Source: Mytilus trossulus
Lineage: Eukaryota
Reading direction: 5' to 3'
Assembly: GCF_036588685.1 (NCBI RefSeq)
Contig: NC_086377.1
Span: 18,104,001-18,168,000, forward strand
Length of the DNA: 64,000 nt
Part shown: in pieces, positions 24,956 to 36,819 of the stretch
Position numbering within the stretch: the first letter of the stretch is position 1
Layout of the letters: each line of letters opens with the position of its first letter
Program-made: the position numbers and the translations under genes
The notes under the pieces: generated by a model
What the model was told of the DNA's origin: nothing
What the model saw: the letters and a program-made list of their open reading frames with translations, nothing else
The model's database searches: none

Positions 24956-27659
24956 GCCTTTGAGTAGTTGTGACAGATTGACTGAAGTACCTATAACGTA
25001 ACAAAGAAGTGATAGTATGAAGAACATATTTTGTACAGGATTTATTTTGTAATAAAGTATGTGCCTACAATAAAGTTTGATATTTGTGTGTCTTTATGGA
25101 AATCATTGCAATACCATGAACAACATTAAATGTATTGGAATGTATCTGTTTCTTAACTTCCGTTTTCAAGCATCGAAATTAACGAGTCCCTAACAAACAA
25201 TTATCAAGGTTACATATACAGATCATACTCTCTGAATTTGGTTTAAATCCAATAACACTTGAACTTTTTAAAGCAGGAAGATGAAAAAAAGATAAAAAAC
25301 AAACTTCCCGATAAACGAATTGTTAAGTACTAAAAAGTAAAATCACAAAAATATTGAACTCCGAGGAAAATTCAAAACAGAAAGTCAAAAATCAAATTGC
25401 AAAATCAAATAATAAAACACATCAAACGAATGAACAACAACTGACATATTCCTGACTTGGTACAGGCATTTTCAAATGTAGAAAATGGTGCATTGTACCT
25501 GGTTTTGTAGCGCTAAACCTCTCACTTGTGTGACAGTAGCATTAAATTCCATTATATTGACTACGATGCGGAATGTATAGATCTGTATATTAACTTCTGT
25601 TTTCAAGCATCATAATTAACGAGCCTCGAACAAACAATTATGAAGATTGCATCTACAGATAATATGTGTTAGTCTCTCTGTGTTTATGGTTGATATCCAT
25701 TAACACTTGAATTATTTAAAGCAGGAAGATAAAACAAGGCATAATACCAAACTTCCCGGGAAATAAATTGTTTATAATTTGTTAAGATCATATCTGCTAT
25801 TGGCTATTTTTATATTGAGTGAGAATTGTGTATACGCAGCTAATTTACAAAAGTCAAGACTGAGTGATTTGAAAAAAGTAAACTAATAAAAATACCTAAC
25901 TCAAAGGAAATTCTAAAACGGAACTTTCTTCAATTTAATTTAATCCAATGGCAAAATCATAAGATCAAACTCATTAAACAATTGTGGAAAATATGCCTGA
26001 CTTGGTACCTGTACCAAGTCAGGAATATGACAGTTCTTGTCCATTCGTTTTTGATGCGTTTTGTTAAATGATTTTGCCATGTGATTATGGACTTTCCGAA
26101 TTGATTTTCCTCTAAGTTCAGTATTTTTGTGATTTTTCTTTCTTTTTTTTTGGTACAGACATTTCCTCGTGTAGAAAATACTGGTTTAAAACTCTCAGGT
26201 GTATGACAGTGATATACAATTCAATATTGTTGACAACAACGATTTAACAAGACAAACAGAAATAAAAGTTACAAATATCAAAATTGGGGCTCACCGGTCA
26301 AGTTCGAATTATTAAATACCAGCGCGAACGAGAATAATGCCACATTAACTCGGTGATTTAGGATAAGTTAAACTTGTATCTCAAACGTTAACACTACTAT
26401 AACGCGGTTTCCTTTAACATTGTTAACGTCACCATATCTTTTGTTAACGTTGTTCTATTGTTATGAAATATGTTACTAAATTGAGTTTAGATTATACAAT
26501 CAAACAAAACAGACGTTGTTGATTAAACACCACCACATATAAACATATTCATGAATTGGCACAGACACGTAAGGAAGACAAATCTTTCGTTTGTTTTTAT
26601 CTACTTCAATGGTTACATGAGGTATGTAATCCCTTTTTATATCTCCTATTGTCTTGGAATCAATGGTAAAGTTAAGATGATTGCAAATCTACGCATAACA
26701 TATGGCGTTAGGTCATTGTATCAACACAAATTAAATGATGCTTAAAGCTAAATATTACATAAATAATAACAAAAAAACTGCATAAACCATTTGATGTCGG
26801 GACCAAACAATGAGACAGCAATTATGGGACGTAATAAGGTCAGCACATGGACATAGAAAAGTACATACAGTTTTGAAACATCCTACTAGTCCAGTGGACA
26901 GTAAATGCTACATAGAAATGATAATAGAAGGACACCTATTAAATTTGTATCTTGCATTCAGGAAACAGTAGCTTAACTGTATCAATTCATGAATATGGCA
27001 GTTGTTAAATAGTCCGCTTCCATGAATGCTTGCTCTTGTTTTTGTTGCACCTAAGTGTTGTTGATGTTCCTTTGTTTCCTTCTCCTTTGACTGGTGTATT
27101 TTTTCCCGGTTTTATTTTTTTTTATTTTAATTAAATTGTAACCCGCATTTGTTTTCTCTAAATCGACTTATGACATCTGAACAGCGGTATACTACTGTAG
27201 CCTTTATATATAAATAGAGCAAAGAACAAATCGATATAATAAACATAATCTGTGAAAATTTCAACAAATATCCCAAAATAAATGAATACACCATCTACCA
27301 TGCAACATCAAACTTAATTTAATAGTCACAATCGGGAATAGGAAAATTCCAATTACAGACTAAAAGACTATCCAAGTATTTAAAGATTCAAGACTGTAAA
27401 TATACGCGGCTAGTGAGTTAAGAATATGACCGTATAACTTAAGTATTACGTTCAGTTATTCCCCATTATAACTCTGTAAGAGCAGTTTTTCATAAAGATC
27501 ATCATCAGTGGAATATGAACAAATTGTGTTAACATTTATGAGTGTAATGTTTCAACTTATATATGTAATTTCCATACGTTTGACAAATTGTATGTTTTGA
27601 GGAACTAGGAGTTTACAATTTGAAAATTGAAATCGTCACTTGTTCCATAGATTCTTTAT

Positions 27660-27830
27660 TTAGGTTGTCAGATATGACCTTGATCTTTCGGAATTATCCT
27701 TAATCTTAAACATACTGGGATAAATGAGATCTAAACATTCATTGAGGTGTTGGTTTTTGTGTGAGAGGACATTACCAATATATCTACAAAAGATATAAAA
27801 GAACCCTTCATGATAACTGTTTTTGTTTTT
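27660..27830 (-). mobile_element. Penelope-like RT fragment
   Basis: Translates ...RYIGNVLS...LDLIYPSMFKIKDNSERSRSYL, resembling the RYIDDVLS...IYPxELEIKDTT...SYL region of PLE RTs; catalytic DD lost. Confidence 0.5.
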
Positions 27831-28857
27831 TAGGAGATTATTTGTAAGGTTACAAACGAAATCGCTTCTACACTTATGGTACCACATGTGAAGCAGGGTC
27901 TGCTTACTCTTCCGGTGCACCTGTTATCGCCACTTGTTTTTGTTTGGCTCAATTTTTTGTGTTTTATCTTGTTTGTTTTGTATACTTCTGTTTGTTGATT
28001 CAACATATGCAATTCGATGCGATTGAGTTGGAATCGAACGAACTTGCGGGTTCGAACTTTTAATTGAAGCAATAGCAGACTGATGCGACTTTATGTGAAC
28101 GACATGAACTACTTTGCAACCAATGTCCCCCTTTTGTTTTTATTCGTCAACTTCAGTGCCTCAAAGTCAGGAATAGGACATTTTTTTAAATTTTTATTCC
28201 CTTGAATATAGACCAACTTGTTGTTTTGTCGTGTTTTTTAAAAAGGCTTTTCCCATTTTGAGTTAATCATCGATTTTGTTATTTTATTTGTTGATACTCT
28301 TTTTCCTTTTCAAGCATTTGAAGGTTTGTCCGTGACTTGTTAAACAATACACTTAATTGGACGGGGAATTCGCTTAATAGGATGAGGAGTTTATATGTCA
28401 AGAAAGAAAAGTATATTTCTTTCAGATGTTTCACTAATGCACACATGAGAACAAAATTCATTACCCAAAACCCAAAACTACAATATCAAAGTCAAGCTTT
28501 ATAGAACAGTTTTATGAAAACCTATTCCTGCAAACAAAAGTATATTAAAGTTATTTAAGTGACATTAGTTAATCACATCACTCTGAAATTGATTAAAGTG
28601 TAAATCCTCATAATAAAACAAGGGCTTTCTTGAAAAAAATCTAGGTCCCTAGTAAAATTCAGTTCTAGTTAAACGTATCGCCGCAAAATTAAGTTATTGT
28701 ACAATATTTTGGAAAATATCAGAATCTTCATAAATCAGTCTCACTAACTAATGAATTATTTAATATTAAATAAACATCGACAAAAACTAAGTGCCAATAA
28801 AATCGCAACACTTGTAAGAGTTCTAAAATGGTAAAGTTAAAATCATCCCTTCGTTAA

Positions 28858-29240
28858 TTTTACGGACGCCATCACGAGTTGGTTGACCGTTATGGAATAA
28901 CCGTTTCACAAATGATATCGGATATGTTCTTTTTGTCGTAACTACTATCCCTTTCCCTTTCATGAATGTGATCTACCGAATCAGACTATTAACCGGATTT
29001 GTTATTACATAAGCAACACGACGGGTGCCACATGCGGAGCAGGATATGCTTACCCTTCCGAAGCACCTGAAATCACCCCCAGTTTTTGATGGGATTCATG
29101 TTGTTTATTCTCTAGTTTTCTATGTTTTGTCATGATTACTATTGTTTGTCTGTTTGTCTTTTTCATTTTTAGCCATGGCGTTGTCAGTTTATTTTCGATT
29201 TATGAGTTTGACTGTCCTTTTGGTATCATGCGTCTCTTAT
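28858..29240 (+). mobile_element. Penelope-like retroelement 3' remnant
   Basis: Encodes [24 protein letters not shown] and shares a 3' tail with the 23451 copy. Confidence 0.7.
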
Positions 29241-29549
29241 TTGTAAATTTCAAATATTAAGAAAAAATATATAAATATTTGTTTTAAAATGATTACCTAT
29301 ATACATTATATAGATCGGTTTGAAAATGAATTGTGAGACTTCCTCAAATAACTTAACGCTTCAATGATTTTAGAAAAATCGTAACTTGCTTGGTTACAGA
29401 AAAGAGGAGAGAGTCGAGTGCATTGTTATGTTACGCACAGGTGATTTTCTCATGTTTGGTTTGAAAGCCCTACTTAAGTATTAAAATTTTCCATCCTTTT
29501 TCGTAAGCTACTTCAATAAACTAAGACGTAGTTGCCTAAACTTGCAGAC

Positions 29550-30360
29550 TTTACAAGATACATGAAGTTTGGGGCATGGTACAAGGAGGCATTTCAAGTC
29601 GTGAAATTTCTCGCAAAATGAAGTGTTCGGCCTCAACAATTACCAAACTCATCCAAACCAACCACACTTGGTCTGTGAATAATAGGCCATGTCCCGGAAG
29701 ACAGAGTGCAACTTCTGCCCAAAAATGTTCGATGTATTTGTCTTCAGCACGTTCGAGATTGTTTCCGTACGACTGTCCAATCAGTATGAGAGACTGTCGG
29801 CGTCCATGGGAGACAAATCGGACCACACACGGTAAGATGCGGTTTGCCCAGCAGTGGGTTAAGAGCAAGGCTATTTCTGTGGTAACATGCTAACAGCAAT
29901 AAGAGACCAAAACCGCCTTAGATGGACACATAGGTAATGGCCAACTTTCTTATTAACGGACGAATAAAGATCACATCTTCGCCGTAGTGATTGACGAACT
30001 TGTGTGTGAAGGAGCTACATTGAGGAAGTTGTATGGCCGACTGTTATACCGTTTATGGCTTGACATCGTGATGTTAATATTTTTCAAAAAGATAACGCTC
30101 GTGCACACTCCGCTGTACTCACAGATGCTTCAATCATTGACAACCATATAAAGACATTATCATGGCCATCCCTTTCTCATGATTTAATCCAATTAGACAA
30201 GCCGTAAGACGACGACAGCAACCACCAAATACGCCGTGCCAACATGAAATTGCACGGTCGAAAAAATGGACAAAAATTACACACCACCGTATTCGACGTC
30301 TTTCAGGACAATGCTCCGTTGTTAAAGAGATTGCGTTACAGCACGCAGTGGACACAATAG
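29550..30360 (+). pseudogene. Degenerate Tc1/mariner transposase
   Basis: HTH region GISSREISRKMKCSASTITKL...SVNNRPCPGR; FLLTDE at ~29947; IFQKDNARAHSA at ~30079; WPSLS-DL at ~30162. Stops and frameshifts present. Confidence 0.85.
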
Positions 30361-31266
30361 TTATTAAAGATGTTTGCTCCTCCATCGTTGATTTTTTCCC
30401 CAGGTTTTCGAAATCCTCTTGTTTTGTCATTAAAAAAATTGCCCACTAATCCCTACTTTTCTTTTCATAATCTTATTACATTAAGTTTGAAAAAACATAT
30501 TTCAAAATTTTATAAAATTTTTGTTATTTTTTCATAGTTTTTGAAACAAAGAAGGTGTCATTGTCAAATGTAAGAAAAATCTGGAGAGAATTATTTCCCG
30601 CCAAATATTCAATGACTTGTATCTCAAAAACGAGCACATGGACCGCCATTTTTTTCTTTTTTTATATTCTTTCAATTCATAATTGTCTTTTAAAAAGCTT
30701 GTTATTTTTTACAGAGTAGCAAATATCCTTAAGACTGTGAGTTAGTGAATTGTAGCGTTGTGTTGCATTAACGTATTGTATTCGAATTGTGTTAATTGAG
30801 CATTTTAGTTTGACCTTTATCTTCAGATAAACACATAAAATATCATTTACAATTATTGTAATGAAAGTATTACTGTGTATAAAAACTTTTTTGCGTGTTC
30901 ATGTGCACTCAGTATATTAAATTTTAAATCAACACCGACACATATAGTAAATACATTTCAATACGTCAACATAACTGCAATGATACTATTTATAGCATTA
31001 CATAAACATAAATCACATTGTACACTTTTCTCATAACATGTATACTATTTTTCCTAATCTAATACATCATTACCAACTAAAGGGAAGGCACGGAATCAGA
31101 TAATTCATTTACGGAAATGAAATATTCATTATCAATTGTTAGGCATAGCTAAATTAAATGTATTTGTGATGTGTTTGAAGTCAGTATCACAAAGTTAAGA
31201 GTTTTTTAATTGTTAAGAAGTCTGATATAAGAAACACAATATGAATTTACACAATCAAGTTTCATA

Positions 31267-34200
31267 TTAATTGCAATCAAGTTTTGATATCCTTTTTACT
31301 GCTGTGATACTAGATTGGGATCTATTACGTTGCAAAGCTTCCTCGTAACACTGATAGGCTCTGTCTTTATCACCAGATATTTCATAGCATACACCAAGTA
31401 ATATTAAGGAAATATATATATGTGAAACTGTAAATGAACAATTGTCTGTCACTATTAAATATAAATCACGTAAAGCTTGTTGTCTTTTATCTGAATCACC
31501 AAGACGATGAAAGCATAGACATCTTAGACAATGAGACATAACATTAGGCGGTACGTGTATATCTTCATCTTCAACCTCCAGCTTCAGTTCTGATGGAATC
31601 AATGATGAGTTCCGAATGTATTTGACATGAGCTATAGTAGCTATTTTCATCCTTTCATTTAATTTCATTTTAGAATGTACATTTTGTCGGTAACAATTTC
31701 TGTGTTTTTCACACTCGTAATCATCATCCCTCATCATATCAGGTGAACATCTTGATAGAACATACTCCGCTAGTCTGAGTGTAACATTAAACTGTCCTGT
31801 AACATAATAAAACGACGCGTATAACAACCAACCTGACACAGCATCTGTTTCGGTGCCGTTCTGTAAATGTCTATGATAACGAGCAGATATGCTGTACGAT
31901 TTACTTACAGATTTTGGTGGCGGTAAAAATTGTGCTACAATTTGGCTGATTTTAGCATAATGATACTTACATACATCACTTACAAATGTAGACGATTCGG
32001 ACATAAGTAACGATTCGGTAAATGATAGATAGTTATGGCAACCTAAAATGTCTTTTGGTACTGGTATCCTGTTTGCAATCTTGTAAAATAAACAGTCTAA
32101 CATAACTAAAGAAGATTCACTCTTTGTACTTTCATTGTCAGGTGGAAATAAACCCATTAGCAATCCACCAATCCCTTCATGCTTTATATTCTCAAGAGCA
32201 CGCATTAATATCTTACTGTTACTCTCACTGATCGTCCCTAGGAACATATTATGTTCAGGTATAAAATAGTTCGGACAGTAGCAGATCTTTACCCATGATA
32301 TCAATTTATCAAGACAGAGTGAAAAACAATGAAACAATTTTGGTATTTGAAAGGTGTCAATATCCACCTCCTCTGAGACCCAAAATAGAGCCGTCTTCAG
32401 AAAGTAAGAACACACTAAGTCCTTTACATCATTATCTGTGTTTACAATACGCTTAAATGTTAACTTGAGTAGACTGTAACAAAGGAGTTGAGTGAAATTA
32501 AACGAATGTACAAGTATTTTTTCTGCTACAGAGAAAGAAAATCTCCATAAGTAACGATCTGAAATAGTTTTAGGACCGATAGCCACTATCAAGCATCCAT
32601 AACTTTTGATCCTGTTGATTACGAAATTAGACGGCCATTGTCGTCGATGACGGACTGTCCATTGAATTGCATTGTGAGGTAAATACTTACTTCTTATGCA
32701 GAATGCCTCGTCTTCAGTCCTACTTAGATTGGATATACATGGACCATGTATACTTACACGTTTGCCATATCCGTATCTTTGTATGTAATAACCAAGAAAG
32801 TCATCAACCGAAAAATAAGCACCTCTACATGTTTTTGGAGGACAGTTACATTTTACATTGAACCAGGAATTTCGATCCGTTTGTGCTATAATTCTGATTC
32901 TAGTAAATCCAGGATGGTCAATGGCTGTCTCCATAACCGCTATATCACTGTTAATTGGATGTTTGATATTCCTTTCGTCCTTTATTAAGTCTATGTTATT
33001 TAAAACGTGCATTGTATCTATGTCACTGTCTGGCAAAGCAAGGCCTTCTGCCAAACTTCCACTTGTTATGTGTGTGTGACGCTGATCAATAGCACACACA
33101 TTGGCGATTCTATCATGTATGATACATAGTCGTTGTTTGTTTCGTATATCTAGTTCAGTACCAACTGCTATTGCTAGTTGTTTGTATAAGTATTTCTCCA
33201 TCGAGTTTCTTCCAAGTAAAAGCAAAGTATCTATAAAATATATGTATGTATCAATCATCCTAAAACCATTACATGACATTAATACATCCGGGAGAGTAGT
33301 GTTTCAGAACATCGGATTTTAATGAGGTTGTTAATACATAGATTATCATCTCCCTTAGATATATTGAAAGCTGTCTATCTGATCGGATCGCCAAAGGTAA
33401 GTATTAAGGATATGTATCTCTGTTTAAAAATGATAAGGTTTTTAAAATGTAGTAGATGATATATGGAACTGAAAAGTCTGACTTTTGGTCCATGTGGTTT
33501 TTTCGGGATATCATCCTTTGCATATTTGGAGGGAATTATTTCGTCTTGATTTCTCATACAAATAACATTGGCTGCATTTTTGTTTAAAAAAACAATGAAA
33601 AAGAGTAGACATTATATAGGCTTTTGAAACTATGTATGGTATAAGATTAAGAAAAGAAAAGTTTCGGTTAGTGTGCAAAATTACTATGACAGTACATAGA
33701 TAAAACAAGACGATTAAAAAAATGGCAAAATTTTAAAAGCAAGAGGAGCAAACATCCTTAGGTAGACGCCATTGAAATCTTACGTCGAAAACGTTTAGTC
33801 AGGTATGGCTATTTATAACCATATATACCCATGGCAGGGGCAGCTACATCAATTCTTATAAGGGAGGGGCTCCAACCAAGGATTAAGGGGAGTTCCAACT
33901 ATGTGCCCCCTTCAAGTGCATTGATCGTTCACAAAAGAGGAGGTTCCAACCCCTGTATTCCCCTTAGGCCACTGCAAGTATTTAAAACTATTACTTTAGT
34001 TACTATAATAAAACGATCGATAGTTTGGCTGTTTGTGATAAATGATCTGCTGTAAAAATGTCGATATAAATAATAATCTATACTTTGATATTTGTTAACT
34101 TTTTCTATATCAACAGTTGAAATCATTATAAAAACTTTAGTTATTGTGTTGTCTGTTCGTTATTTCATTTCTTTAGTCATGGTGTCGCCTGTTAGTAATT

Positions 34201-34824
34201 TTGCTTTCCTAATCAAGTTGTCTGTTTGTCGGGTCTTTTCTATGACATTGTATTTTTCTATGACATTGTATTTTTCTATGACATTGTATTTTTCTATGAC
34301 ATTGTATTTTTCTATGACATTGTATTTTTCTATGACATTGTATTTTTCTATGACATTGAACATTTTTATGATATTGTATTTTTGTCTTTGGTCTTATAGT
34401 TTCCTCTTATTACACTGTTTCTGATCACATCAGGACCTCGTTTACACTCTATATTTTCAAAAGTTTGAGAAATTATAATTCGAAATGTATTACTAGTACC
34501 TTTCTCAGTGTCGTTACAATTTTGTAAGAATTCCAGATATTCATTTGAAGATTTGTCAGGATATCTAAGGTTCAGTATCCACTGTTCTCTTGTTTTCCTT
34601 TTTTCTAAGCAAACTTGATACGTTCGTTCAAACTGTTTAATTGTTAGTCCAAAAACATCATTTGTTATCATCATTCCACCATCTAAAGATTGGTAAAGTA
34701 AAGGTGTAAACTTGCGCTTTCCCCGGTACGGAAAACGTTTTACACCGTATATTTCCCAGTACATGATCTTCTTTATGCAAAATCGATTTTCATCATCAGA
34801 TTTGTCTTGGTTTTTTGATGACAT
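31267..34824 (-). CDS. Mab-21/cGAS-like receptor (cGLR) nucleotidyltransferase with unrecognised N-terminal domain and TPR-like C-terminus; ~762 aa
   Basis: Exon 34824..34500 (...DTEK+G|gtacta, phase 1) joins 33230..31267 (tattttatag|AT) in frame. Motifs: SGSLAEGLALPDSDID, likely third acid in TEDEAFC, WRFSFSVAEKILV, YSLLK, SYFLKTALFW, CPNYFIPEHNMF. C-terminal LLGVCYEISGDKDRAYQCYEEAL is TPR-like. A further upstream exon 35957..35876 is predicted. Confidence 0.88.
34236..34383. repeat. 18-bp tandem repeat (TTTTTCTATGACATTGTA), ~7 copies, in cGLR intron
   Basis: Perfect units; source of the NVIEKY and MTLYFS ORFs. Confidence 0.95.
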
Positions 34825-35058
34825 GAAGCCTGTTGGAAAGATACGATTACATAGATAATTTGGTTACTACATTTTAGTTAATGTTACTATAGTTGCATTT
34901 TAAAATACGTTGCTATGAATGAAATAAATAAATATGAATATGTCTAACGTTTCGTAGCTTTCACGGCTCTCGAAGGTTAAGTTTTAAATATCTTAAACAT
35001 ATTAATAGTTATCTGCGCGTCTGGCGTATAAAATTATAATCCTGGTACTTTTGATAAC

Positions 35059-35390
35059 TATCAAAAGGTACCAGGATTATAATTTAGTACGCCAGACGCG
35101 CGTTTCGTCTACATAAGACTCATCAGTGAAGCTCATATCAAAATAGTTATAAAGCCAAAAAAATACAAAGTTGAAGAGCATTGAGGATTCAAAATTCCAA
35201 AACGTTGTGCGAAATACGGCTAAGGTAATCTATGCCTGGGATAAGAAAATCCTTAGTTTTTTTTTAAAAGTTCAAAGTTTTGTATACAGGAAATTTATAA
35301 AAATGACCACATTATTGATATTCATGTCAACACCGAAGTGTTGACTACTGGCCTGGTGATACCCTCGGGGACGAAACGTCCACCAGTCAT
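35059..35390 (-). mobile_element. Retrozyme-like non-autonomous element (~330 bp)
   Basis: Same family as 4840-5120. Contains an intact hammerhead core. Its end is inversely duplicated at 35015-35056. Confidence 0.8.
35089..35132 (-). ncRNA. Type I hammerhead ribozyme
   Basis: GCUUCA CUGAUGA GUCU-UAUGU-AGAC GAAAC GCGC GUC^UGGCGU. Canonical core, 4-bp stem II, palindromic short stem III, stem I with one mismatch. Predicted cleavage between 35095 and 35094. Confidence 0.9.
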
Positions 35391-35677
35391 TTTTAGCTCT
35401 TTATACAAACCGGGAGTTGTTTCGTCAACACCAAAAGGAACAAGACCGGGTGCGCCAATATAAAATGACCGTCTTCGTCTGTGCATGCTTTTGATGTTAT
35501 ACAAATGAATGGTTAAGCTAGCTATAAAACCAGGTATAATTCACACTTTCTTCATAAGAGAATACCTGTACTAAGTCGGGAATATGACAGTTGTTATCCA
35601 TTCGTTTGATGATTTTGACCTCTTGACTTTGCGTTAGGACTTTTCGTTTGGGATTAAAAAATATATATATATATATA

Positions 35678-35843
35678 CAACTCGTCTAAACATCAACCCA
35701 ACAATGTTAGATCTGTAAATTTGCTTTCGCAAATTTTTGGTTCTTCCCTCGCCGGGATTCGAACCCATGCTTCTGTGATATCGTGACACCAAATCGCCTG
35801 CACTGCAGCCGTCCCGCTAGACCACACGACCACCTGGGCTCTC
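35678..35843 (-). mobile_element. tRNA-derived SINE inserted in (TA)n
   Basis: Minus strand GCCCAGGTGGTCGTGTGGTCTAGCG (A box) and GGGTTCGAATCCC (B box), followed by a non-tRNA tail; TA repeats on both sides. Confidence 0.75.
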
Positions 35844-35875
35844 TAAAAAGAGCTATATATATATGTATATCTTAC

Positions 35876-35957
35876 CTTTTTTGCTTGGCCGTAGAATATA
35901 CACTTGTGGCTTCACACCACTACAACTCGAATAATTAGAACTAGGAATTAATGGAAG
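35876..35957 (-). other. Predicted upstream exon of the cGLR gene (5' UTR or coding)
   Basis: Acceptor ctctttgtttcag and donor G|gtaag. 82 nt, open as LPLIPSSNYSSCSGVKPQVYILRPSKK; the phase-1 end fits the acceptor ctttccaacag before 34829. Confidence 0.55.
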
Positions 35958-36819
35958 CTGAAACAAAGAGAAAAAAATGTCCTGACTAAAACTTTATAAG
36001 TACTTGTATTGATGCTATCTGATTTTGTGTGTATCAAAAAGGATGAGCGGCCACTTAACAATAGTGTAAAGTAAGATTACAAGGAAATCGAAACAGAACG
36101 TAGGCGAATTTCACATTTCTCCACTTTATTCTATTACATATATTTCCCAGTGGTCATTTGCAATTGATAACGTGTACAGTGCATGAACGTTCTTCTTATC
36201 GATTGATGTCATTTATGTTATTAAACTGTTATTAAAGTGAGAGGGTTAGCGCTATAGAACCAGGTTTAATCCACCATTTTCTACATTTGAAAATGCCTGT
36301 ACCAAGTCAGGAATATGACAGTTCTTGTCCATTCGTTTGTGATACGTTTTGTTATTTGATTTTGCCATGTGATTATGGACTTTCTTAATTGATTTTCCTC
36401 GGAGTTCAGTATTTTTGTGATTTTACTTTTTATGTGCGTACTAGTATATAAATGACTGAGGTTTTGGAATACTTTTTATTACATTAAGTGTAAACTTATC
36501 AAAAATCGATTATATATAATTTGGTATGATTTCAAATGTGGCAACGAGACTTGTCAGGACTGAGAACTGGATGATCAGTTGTAGAGACCATATTCAGACT
36601 ATGCCAGGACCACCAAGTACACACTCAGACTCCTTGATTAAAGTCGAGAGAAAAGCCAAGAACAGTTTAGTAAAGTTAAATACTGTCGCAATTAGGTAGT
36701 GTCTTCATAAGTAAAATTTGTGCTCGAACCTACTGGTCGAGCACAATAAAATAAATCAAAATCTGAGCTGTTTGTATTGAGACAGGCTACGCGAGTAAAC
36801 AATTTCACAATTTTTTTTA

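Noticed and set aside
29300-30915. Full-length Tc1 element with TIRs
   Set aside because: A possible right end (CACTCAGTA-TA at ~30905-30915) has no identifiable matching left TIR, and the transposase is disrupted.
33231-33279. ORF-track start of the Mab-21 protein (MSCNGFRMIDTYIYFI)
   Set aside because: Overlaps a pyrimidine tract and AG acceptor at 33232-33231; better read as intron.
33375-33557. Possible extra cGLR exon (DEIIPSKYAKDDIPKKPHGPK)
   Set aside because: Poor acceptor, and the apparent donor is phase 0, incompatible with the phase-1 acceptor at 33230.
34092-34424. ORFs with MTLYFS or NVIEKY repeats
   Set aside because: Translations of the intronic 18-bp repeat.
35750-35843. 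tRNA gene
   Set aside because: Has A and B boxes but no proper cloverleaf or anticodon arm, and continues into a SINE tail within (TA)n.
35876-35957. Homology of this exon to the SPPL2 exon LPMVFVVPKLNYSPYSSC
   Set aside because: Same phases and a few shared residues only; nucleotide similarity is negligible.
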